A stretch of 16,934 bases of DNA from Candidatus Zixiibacteriota bacterium (GTDB lineage Bacteria > Zixibacteria > MSB-5A5 > CAIYYT01): the NCBI GenBank assembly GCA_040235515.1, contig JBECKX010000056.1, forward strand, positions 1-16,934, written 5' to 3'. The notes beneath the pieces are model-generated. The model was not told the origin of the DNA, did no database searches, and saw nothing but the letters and a program-made list of their open reading frames with translations. Shown here piece after piece: positions 6,922 through 13,929 of the stretch (positions are counted from its first letter, which is position 1; each line of letters begins with the position of its first letter). A program made the position numbers and the translations under genes.

Positions 6922-9787
6922 TGTTGCCTCCTGGCCTGTCTATTGGTTCAAGGGTGAAATAGAATGTCGCGCCCCTGTCAACCTCGCCTTCGGCCCACAC
7001 TTCACCGCCGTGACGGCGAATGATCCGCTGCACGGTGGCAAGTCCCACGCCGGTGCCTTCGAACTGGTCAATCGGGTGGAGGCGTTGGAACGGGTTGAAG
7101 AGTTTGTCTGCATAGTTCATATCGAATCCTGCTCCGTCGTCGCGCACGTAGACCGCCCTCACACCCTGTACCTCGCAAGAGCGGACTTCGATTTTTGCGT
7201 GATGTTTTGCGGAGCTGTATTTCCAGGCATTTCCGATCAGGTTCTCGAGGACTGCGGTCAGCAGAGTCTGGTCGCCGTTAACTACGATGCCGGATTCCAC
7301 GTCAACCTCGACCGAACGGTCCGGAGTGCGTTTGCGCAGTTCGTCGACAATCGTGTTCGCCAGCCTGCTGAGGTCGACGGTCTCCCGGTGGAGGGGTGAT
7401 CGTGTGACTCGCGAGAGCCGCAACAGGTCATCGATAAGCTGTCCCATGCGTTGGGTGGCTGAACGCACGCGCCTCAGGTAATCTTGTCCGACCTCATCGA
7501 CCGCGTCGGAATAGTCATCGAGGAGCGCCTGGCAGAAGCCGTCGATGCTGCGCAACGGAGCCCGCAAATCGTGTGAAACGGAATAGGAGAAGGCTTCAAG
7601 CTCTCGGTTCGCAGAGCGGAGTGCACGCGACTGAGAGGTGAGGTCCTCGTTGAGTTGCTTTACTGCTTCGATGGCGCTCTGGCGGCTCAGAATCAGCCAC
7701 AGCTTGTTCATGAGCGACTTGAGGCTGACCGTATCAGAGTCACCGTAGTTCGATGCCTTGTTGCTGACGGCCGCGATAGCGACAACCTGGTTGCCTTCGA
7801 CGACCGGAACAGCCAGAATTCGCTCACGCGGTTCGGTTGCGCCGGGAATCCAGGAGAGGCTCTCCGGCAATTGGGCACGTTTATTGATGACGATGGCGTT
7901 GCGATTTCGGACGAATTCCTCGATCGCAGGCGCATCGGCAAGCGGCAGCGTTCTGGGAGCGATGACGCCCTCGGAGTCGGATGCATCGAGGGAGTAAATA
8001 GTGATGTTTTCGTCTGCGGCGTCGAACAAGCCGATTGCCGCGAACTCGCTTGCGGTGATGCGGAGACTCGCCTTCAAGGCGAACTCCACTATCTTCTCGC
8101 GAGAGGCGACGTCGACCTCGTGGAGATCGAGCAGGGCCTGCATTCTGACCAGGTCAAGGGCCAGTTCGGCATCGCGCCGATTGCGTTCGGTAACATCGAC
8201 CGCGGCTGCATAGACGAGCCCAAACTCTATGGAAGGTGCTGAATTCCAGAGGAGCGTGCGGTATGACCCGTCTTTGCAGACATAGCGATTTTCAAACGCG
8301 ATCACGTCGACACCGGTGTCGAGCTGGCTCATGGCGGCGATTGTGCTTTCGCGATCATCGGGGTGTACGAAATCGAGGAAGGGTCTCGATTTGAGTTCCG
8401 CCAGTGAGAAGCCGGTAGCGCGTTCCCACATCGGGTTAAGGGTCACGAATTCGCCGTCGAGAGTTGCGATACAGAGCAGATTGGGTGTCAGGTCGAAGAA
8501 GCGCTTGATATCCGCCTCGGCCTTGCGGAGGTCGGTGACGTCGTAGGAGATGCTGCCGACTGCAGTCGGTTCGCCCGCTTCGTTACGAATCGGGAATCTA
8601 TCTGTCAGATAGATGCGGGCATTCCTGCCTTTGCCGACAATCCGTTCTGAGACAGTATGTTGTTTCGTTCTCCAGATTTCTTCGATCGACTCCATGAAGC
8701 CGACGCTTTGTTCTTCGGTAAGCAAAGACTCAACTTCCTTGCCGGTGATCTCGCTCGGTTCGCAATGCAATTCCCGCGCGGTTTGTGGATTGGCGTAGAT
8801 AAACTTGCCGTCACGATCCAAGATATGGACCGAGGTGAGGCTTGCATCCAGTAATGCCCGCAGTTGCCGGTCGTTCTCGCGGGCGGCTGCTTCTGCCGCC
8901 GCAGCGCGATTGATGACCCGCTGAACCGCTGACGCGCCGAGAAAAATGATGACTGAGACGAGCGCGATCGTCATCGCCACGGTAAGTGCGACACCTACTG
9001 CGGTGCTATAGTAACCCTCGCGCTCTCCAAGACAGCGGATCCAGCCAAAGACTACCGGAAGTGACGCAGCCGGTGGGAGCACCCAGCGCAGCATTGTCCC
9101 GGCCGGCGTTGGTGAGAGCAACGGAGCGATGACGCGTTGGGCGGGATTGAGCGCAAACGCGCCGACACAGGCACACAGCGTGCCGAGGGCGGTATTGATA
9201 GCCATGGTGTTCGTTGATCCCAGTCCGCGCAGTCCCGGATCATCAAAGATATGTCCCAGCAACACGAAGATGACGAAGAAGAGCGAGGGAACGAGTAAGG
9301 CATCTGCCCAGTAGCGAAATCTCTTGATCGCCAGCGTTTCCAGAATCAGGGCGACACCGACCATCATAAATGAAGTGGCGGAGATGATGCTCATTCTTCC
9401 GGGTGCGGTGGTTTCGAACTGCGTGGAGTGGTCAACGAACAGGAGTTGATCGATCCCGAGGTTCGTGGAAAATATATACTGACTCAAACTGAGAGCGCCG
9501 ATGAGTGAGGCGCAGGCGGCGAATATCACGGCCACATATTTGGCGAGGCTGTGGCTATCGACGAGGCTGCGCCAGATGACTGTGACTCCGAGCAACAGGA
9601 TGGAGATCGCCGTGTTCGGCTTCATGGTGACCGACGAAGTCGAGAAGCTTTGAAGCAGTTCGTTTCCTGACGCCCAGCCGTAGAGACCGATGGCGGCTAT
9701 GATGCAGGAAAGGAATCCGAAGATTCCGGCAACGACTTTCGTCGATGGCTTTCGCGCGAATTCGGGATGTAGCCAATCGAGACTCAT
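6851..9787 (-). CDS. Membrane-bound multi-sensor histidine kinase (about 7 TM helices, 2 PAS, GAF, HisKA, HATPase_c), 978 aa
   Basis: Hydrophobic N-terminal ~285 aa; PAS motifs DRDGKFIYAN and FVHPDD...RYVCKDG; GAF with LAVPV...VSNK. H-box ELEAFSYSVSHDLRAPLR, then NLIGNAWKY, DDGAGFD, GTGVGLA and GATFYFTL (Cph1-like transmitter subfamily). GGGAG RBS. Confidence 0.95.
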   Translation of the reverse strand: MSLDWLHPEFARKPSTKVVAGIFGFLSCIIAAIGLYGWASGNELLQSFSTSSVTMKPNTAISILLLGVTVIWRSLVDSHSLAKYVAVIFAACASLIGALSLSQYIFSTNLGIDQLLFVDHSTQFETTAPGRMSIISATSFMMVGVALILETLAIKRFRYWADALLVPSLFFVIFVLLGHIFDDPGLRGLGSTNTMAINTALGTLCACVGAFALNPAQRVIAPLLSPTPAGTMLRWVLPPAASLPVVFGWIRCLGEREGYYSTAVGVALTVAMTIALVSVIIFLGASAVQRVINRAAAAEAAARENDRQLRALLDASLTSVHILDRDGKFIYANPQTARELHCEPSEITGKEVESLLTEEQSVGFMESIEEIWRTKQHTVSERIVGKGRNARIYLTDRFPIRNEAGEPTAVGSISYDVTDLRKAEADIKRFFDLTPNLLCIATLDGEFVTLNPMWERATGFSLAELKSRPFLDFVHPDDRESTIAAMSQLDTGVDVIAFENRYVCKDGSYRTLLWNSAPSIEFGLVYAAAVDVTERNRRDAELALDLVRMQALLDLHEVDVASREKIVEFALKASLRITASEFAAIGLFDAADENITIYSLDASDSEGVIAPRTLPLADAPAIEEFVRNRNAIVINKRAQLPESLSWIPGATEPRERILAVPVVEGNQVVAIAAVSNKASNYGDSDTVSLKSLMNKLWLILSRQSAIEAVKQLNEDLTSQSRALRSANRELEAFSYSVSHDLRAPLRSIDGFCQALLDDYSDAVDEVGQDYLRRVRSATQRMGQLIDDLLRLSRVTRSPLHRETVDLSRLANTIVDELRKRTPDRSVEVDVESGIVVNGDQTLLTAVLENLIGNAWKYSSAKHHAKIEVRSCEVQGVRAVYVRDDGAGFDMNYADKLFNPFQRLHPIDQFEGTGVGLATVQRIIRRHGGEVWAEGEVDRGATFYFTLEPIDRPGGNNEAQDDLTGRGQSGRRRVNAASA

Positions 9788-9892
9788 TCACAGCTCCCGT
9801 TAAGAATTCTTCTGGTCAGAAGTTCATCCCCCCATGGAATGTAAAATAGGTCTACGTTAACGCCTTTTGACTCTCAGTAGCACCCAGTTAAA

Positions 9893-9919
9893 TTGTCGGC
9901 ATGAGCGGGCGGCGGCTGA
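9893..9919 (-). promoter_or_regulatory. Possible sigma28 (FliA)-like promoter for the kinase operon
   Basis: Minus strand reads TCAG-N15-GCCGACAA against the consensus TAAA-N15-GCCGATAA, about 105 nt upstream of the kinase start. Confidence 0.4.
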
Positions 9920-10086
9920 ATAGTAGAGTGGGTTAGTAGATGAGAAATTCTTTAGCTTTAGTCGGCGGCGGGAGTGATTCGGGCTAGGGGGGCTGTTTCA
10001 TAATGGTAAGCCGGTTAGCCGGCAGAATATGGGTGGTGGGAGCGGATTCGGTGGGAAACGCCCGGCAGCGGGACCTAACTAGATGG

Positions 10087-10115
10087 TTGCGCCGGGGCTT
10101 CCAAATCGTTATTGT
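10087..10115 (+). promoter_or_regulatory. Putative sigma70 promoter of tRNA-Leu
   Basis: TTGCGC-N17-TATTGT followed by a GC-rich stretch, 24 nt before the tRNA 5' end. Confidence 0.55.
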
Positions 10116-10139
10116 CGGAAGCGCGGAAACGCGAGATAT

Positions 10140-10225
10140 GCCGGAGTGGCGGAATTGGTAGACGCAAGGGACTTAAAATCCCTCGGTGGGTTCCCACCGT
10201 ATCGGTTCGAGTCCGATCTCCGGCA
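10140..10225 (+). tRNA. tRNA-Leu, anticodon TAA, no intron, CCA not encoded
   Basis: Acceptor stem GCCGGAG/CTCCGGC with discriminator A; D-arm GCGGAATTGGTAGACGC; anticodon arm AGGGA-CT TAA AA-TCCCT; long variable arm CGGTGG-GTTC-CCACCG; T-arm ATCGG-TTCGAGT-CCGAT. Confidence 0.98.
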
Positions 10226-10362
10226 TTATGGTTTAAGGGGTTATGGGGGGGAGCGGGGCGCGAGCGACTGCGGCTTCGGGAGCTGCGATAATGGCGATCG
10301 CTATAGTCTGTTTTTCTGTTGTCCCGGTCTGTCACGAACGCTATCTTCCCTCCAGACGATTC

Positions 10363-10380
10363 AACATCTTGAACATCTTG
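10363..10380 (+). repeat. Perfect 9-bp tandem duplication AACATCTTG x2
   Basis: AACATCTTG at 10363-10371 and again at 10372-10380, immediately upstream of the GGAGG RBS of the next gene. Confidence 0.9.
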
Positions 10381-10393
10381 ACCAGGAGGGCAA

Positions 10394-11308
10394 ATGGCAG
10401 TCCGGCAGAGGCTGTTTCTTGGCAGCATGGGGACCTTCATCGTAACTGCAACAGCAACGTTGATCTTTTGCGGCTGCAGCGACGATTCGAGTCCAACCAA
10501 CACCAGTAACAATCCAAATCAGGTTTCTATCCCACTCAACGGTGCGCTGACGGGACTTCAGCTCCAGGCGAATCAGACCACGCAGTTCGTTGCGTCGTTT
10601 CATCTTCCCCCTGAGATTGGGAGGCTGAGCAGCGCGAATATCGATGTTGCCGCTACGATGCAGCATCTGTCAGCATCAAATATGGTAAGCGTCAACAACG
10701 TACCGGGACTCATTTCGTTGCTTAGCGGCGAGGATGCCGGCACGGTTTCGGCTCGAGTGGGCGGTGATGAAGAGACGGTGTGTCAACAGGGACAACTGTA
10801 TGGACCTTATACGATGGCCGAGATTGGGGCATCGCCACTCGTTGAGAATGTGGAGCTGAGTGAGACGAGCTTGCAGATACTCAATTCGGGACCGGCGGTG
10901 ATCTGCCTGGAACTGCTTCCCACCTTCGACGCGACGGTTAGCCTTGACGCAATCGTTCTGGATGTTGAGCAGGAGGAGTGTGGCGAGCCGGTGGATTTTT
11001 CGGGCACGTGGGTGGGCGAGTACACCTGCGGAAATTCCTGCGGTGCCTCATTCGGGGACAACATCGAGCTTACCATCGTTCAAAATGGCAGCAGCGCGTA
11101 CTACATCGATGATTCGGGAACCCGGTTCGAGGGAACAGTCTGTGGTAACCTGTTTCGGTTTCAACACACAGAGGATGACGAGATTGAGCGCGGTTCAATG
11201 ATGATTGATGGAGAGAACCACGCCACCAAGCGTTCGACCTGGCGCGAGCAGGGTGAGCCTTATTGCGAAGGCAACTGCATTGATCAATTGACGCGGGTGG
11301 AGAGGTAG
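10394..11308 (+). CDS. Hypothetical two-domain Cys-rich lipoprotein, 304 aa
   Basis: GGAGG RBS at 10385-10389; signal peptide ending IFCG-C followed by an SDDSSPTNTSNN linker. Eight further Cys; C-terminal all-beta domain starting DFSGTWVG. Confidence 0.85.
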   Translation: MAVRQRLFLGSMGTFIVTATATLIFCGCSDDSSPTNTSNNPNQVSIPLNGALTGLQLQANQTTQFVASFHLPPEIGRLSSANIDVAATMQHLSASNMVSVNNVPGLISLLSGEDAGTVSARVGGDEETVCQQGQLYGPYTMAEIGASPLVENVELSETSLQILNSGPAVICLELLPTFDATVSLDAIVLDVEQEECGEPVDFSGTWVGEYTCGNSCGASFGDNIELTIVQNGSSAYYIDDSGTRFEGTVCGNLFRFQHTEDDEIERGSMMIDGENHATKRSTWREQGEPYCEGNCIDQLTRVER

Positions 11309-11348
11309 CAAGAGGCGCTGCCGATCGATGAGTGGATAAAGGTAAAGG

Positions 11349-11377
11349 TTGTATCTTTGTAGCGGTGCTGCTATAGT
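11349..11377 (+). promoter_or_regulatory. Sigma70 promoter with extended -10, positioned for a leaderless mRNA
   Basis: TTGTAT-N17-TATAGT with TGn in front of the -10 box; only 6 nt separate the -10 from the ATG at 11384. Confidence 0.6.
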
Positions 11378-11383
11378 AGAGGC

Positions 11384-12007
11384 ATGAAGCTCAAGTATCT
11401 CCCCTACTTTATCGCTCTGACAGCAGCGTTGCTTCTCGCGTGCGGCGGGGGTGATTCCGCGATCCAACCAGGGGATATAGTTTTTCAGGCGCTCGATTCA
11501 CCGCAGGCTCAGGCGATCAGTCTGGCGACCGGCTCGGAGTATACTCATTGTGGGTTGGTGGTCGAGAGTGAAGACGGTGTCTTGCTCGTTGCCGAGGCTG
11601 TGCAGCCGGTGCGGATCATTCCGCTCGATGAATGGATCTCGCAGGGGGTGGATCAGCGATACTTGTTGATGCGGCTCAAGGAGCGGAGTTTACTTGAAGA
11701 GGACGCAGTCTCTGCCATGCTCGACGAGGCACGCTCGCTGCAGGGCCGCGACTACGATGCGGTTTTTTCCTGGACAGACGAGCGGATGTACTGTTCGGAG
11801 TTAGTCTGGAAAATCTACGATCGGGCCGCCGATATTCAGCTCACCGAATTGCGCGAGCTTGGCAGCTTTGACCTGACCCATCCGGCGGTGCAGGAGAAGC
11901 TGGCGGAGCGCTACGGTGAAAACGTACCGCTCCATGAGCAGGTGGTGGCGCCGTCAGATTTGATTGAGTCGCCGCTATTGGTTAAGGTGTATGAGCAACA
12001 GGAATAG
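11384..12007 (+). CDS. yiiX: YiiX/YebB-like permuted papain-like (NlpC/P60) cysteine hydrolase, lipoprotein, 207 aa
   Basis: QPGDIVFQ, AISLATGSEYTHCG (catalytic His), EAVQPV, GRDYD, MYCSELVWKIY (catalytic Cys after His, i.e. permuted), VVAP. Lipobox LLA-C. Confidence 0.9.
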   Translation: MKLKYLPYFIALTAALLLACGGGDSAIQPGDIVFQALDSPQAQAISLATGSEYTHCGLVVESEDGVLLVAEAVQPVRIIPLDEWISQGVDQRYLLMRLKERSLLEEDAVSAMLDEARSLQGRDYDAVFSWTDERMYCSELVWKIYDRAADIQLTELRELGSFDLTHPAVQEKLAERYGENVPLHEQVVAPSDLIESPLLVKVYEQQE

Positions 12008-12016
12008 CGATACAAT

Positions 12017-13777
12017 TCACTCGTCATTATGCCGTGGAACAGGCAAATCCGCAGTATTCTTCGGTGCATAGCCGATTGCCAGTTCCCTTCCAAGTCCGTA
12101 CAGTTCCGGATTGAGATATTTGCCGCGCTCAAAACCGGGTTTGAGTTGTTCAGCCACAAACGGGTGCGCTTTAGCATAGAGATCATTTCTTATGCCGGTA
12201 AGTTGCCACGAGACCCTTAAGCCCGGCGTTCCGCCTGCAATCTTGAACCGATTGTTGGTGACCTCCTGGGCTACAAATACCTGCGCATATCCACCAATGC
12301 AAGTAAGTTGATATCGAAACTCACTGTTTGCGGCTTCAATCCAGTCCGGGAGCACTACTGTTGCTTCACCGTTTTCATCGAGGTCAACATTCCCGCTGTA
12401 AAGATTGGTCTGCTCCGATGATTGCACCCCCGCCTGATATAGATACATATTCTCCGGATCGAGCGGATGGTCCATTCGTGTCAGAAACGCGGGTGTGGCG
12501 ACGATGCCGGTTACATTTACGTCGCCATTGAAGTACCCTGCCCAGCTCTGAAAGCCATTGTTAAAAGCTTCGCCATATATGCCGTAGCCATAGCCGCTTC
12601 CATCATTGGCCGCGCCATAGATCCCGTATCCAATTCCGGCAGCCGCCCGCGAGAGACCCCTGACGCCATAGCAAAAGAAGGCACTTGAGTCTGCTTGCGC
12701 GAAGACGCCAAAGACCGCTGTACCGTAGTACGCATGTGCGATCAACCCGTACGACCCTCCAGACTGAAGATTGGGGGTTAGCGATTTAGCATAAGCGAGC
12801 AGTCCACTTCGCTCGGATGCGTCCGATTCGCCCCTGCCGTAAACGCCGTAGACGTTGCCGGCATTCGCCGAACCGGCGGTGGAAGCACGGCAGAGGCCAT
12901 ACACTCCGTATAGCGGGCCGGTGCTGACATTTTGCATCCAGGCGTAGAGCCCGTAGAGATTGAATGTGCTGTTGTAGTTGCGCCTGGCGGCCAACATCGC
13001 GGAGGGTGGCGCGCTTTGGCGTCCAATCATGAAAGTGTTTTCGATAGCACCTGCCGTGCTATCGAAAAATGTTATGTTGCTGGTAAATTTGTTGACGCCG
13101 GAAAAGGTCTGATTTTCCGTCAGGCTCGCTGCGCCACCCAGAATCTTGCCGGGAGAGATGTTCGCGGTTGGGGAGATGTCGGCATCCACAATCTGGCCAT
13201 CCCCGATGTGAGCTGAGGTCACTCCGCCCGGCGCAATCGAGATATTGGCATCGCCGGAGGTAGCGCCTCCGGTCAGACCTCCGGAGGTGTTGACGGCCGT
13301 AATGTCACCGCCAGAGTTGTCATCGATGCCATCGGCGAATCCCGCCGGCATACCGGAAATGCCGCTCCAGGGGACGATGTCGGCGTCCCGGGCCTGCAGA
13401 GCGAAGGCATTGGAGAGGAATTGCCTGCGGGGCGACATCTCAGGGTCGGCACCGACAGTCACTCCGAGCCAGCGGTCACTGCTGCCGAAGAGGTTCGCTG
13501 GAAAGGGAACATCCTGACCGAGGATATAGGTATAGACCCCGGCGGAGAGTTGAACCGAGCGCGCCTGACTGTCCCAGAGCGTGATTCCGCCAGAGGGAGA
13601 ATCGTAGATGCGGAAACGAAGCTGATATGAACCGTCGGCGACCGGACTACCGGCGGGATCGCTGAGGCGCCCCTGGTAGCTGATCAGGCTCGGCGCCGCC
13701 AGAAGAGTCGGGGCCATGCATAGAGACACTATTGTCAAGAGATAGCCCCACGAAAACTGCCCGAACCGGAAATTCAT
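12017..13777 (-). CDS. Secreted phage-fibre-like/beta-helix repeat protein, about 586 aa
   Basis: Signal peptide; N-domain ISYQGRLSDPAG..ADGSYQLRFRIYD..GG..LW; neck GDITAVNTSGGLTGG; about nine G-[VIL]-x-[GA] repeats; C-domain DHPLDPEN...YSGNVDLDENGEATVVLP...YQLT. GGAGG spacing favours ATG 13777 over GTG 13780. Confidence 0.85.
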   Translation of the reverse strand: MNFRFGQFSWGYLLTIVSLCMAPTLLAAPSLISYQGRLSDPAGSPVADGSYQLRFRIYDSPSGGITLWDSQARSVQLSAGVYTYILGQDVPFPANLFGSSDRWLGVTVGADPEMSPRRQFLSNAFALQARDADIVPWSGISGMPAGFADGIDDNSGGDITAVNTSGGLTGGATSGDANISIAPGGVTSAHIGDGQIVDADISPTANISPGKILGGAASLTENQTFSGVNKFTSNITFFDSTAGAIENTFMIGRQSAPPSAMLAARRNYNSTFNLYGLYAWMQNVSTGPLYGVYGLCRASTAGSANAGNVYGVYGRGESDASERSGLLAYAKSLTPNLQSGGSYGLIAHAYYGTAVFGVFAQADSSAFFCYGVRGLSRAAAGIGYGIYGAANDGSGYGYGIYGEAFNNGFQSWAGYFNGDVNVTGIVATPAFLTRMDHPLDPENMYLYQAGVQSSEQTNLYSGNVDLDENGEATVVLPDWIEAANSEFRYQLTCIGGYAQVFVAQEVTNNRFKIAGGTPGLRVSWQLTGIRNDLYAKAHPFVAEQLKPGFERGKYLNPELYGLGRELAIGYAPKNTADLPVPRHNDE

Positions 13778-13839
13778 CACAATCCTCCGAAGCCTTTGTT
13801 TGGTGAAAGGTCTAACGTGGTAATGGTGGATAGATATAG

Positions 13840-13874
13840 TTCACGCAATATAGCGTGAATTCGGGATTTGAGAA
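13840..13874 (-). promoter_or_regulatory. Putative promoter of the fibre gene with a palindromic operator centred on the -10 box
   Basis: Minus strand reads TTCTCA-N16-TATATT. The -10 hexamer is exactly the spacer of the perfect inverted repeat TTCACGC-aatata-GCGTGAA (13840-13859). Confidence 0.4.
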
Positions 13875-13929
13875 GCGATATGTTTGCGGCGCGCAGCGCT
13901 GGCTGCCGGGACTTCGTGGCCGTCGCCCC

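Noticed and set aside
7861..7869. TCTCCGGCA match to the tRNA 3' end as a possible second att site
   Set aside because: Only 9 bp, inside the kinase coding region and upstream of the tRNA; consistent with chance.
5294..9314. Numerous plus-strand ORFs opposite the signalling operon (e.g. 6833-7399 and 7655-8242)
   Set aside because: They lie antisense to well-supported genes and have no recognisable domains or RBS.
6851..9787. Calling the kinase a bacteriophytochrome
   Set aside because: Only the transmitter is Cph1-like. There is no PAS-GAF-PHY module and no DIP or chromophore-Cys motif.
10140..10225. bldA-like translational control through rare TTA codons
   Set aside because: TTA codons occur in ordinary genes here, including two in fprA and two in the receiver gene, so they are not restricted as in Streptomyces.
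10075..10512. ORFs spanning the tRNA region on both strands
   Set aside because: They overlap the tRNA or the lipoprotein start and lack coding-like composition.
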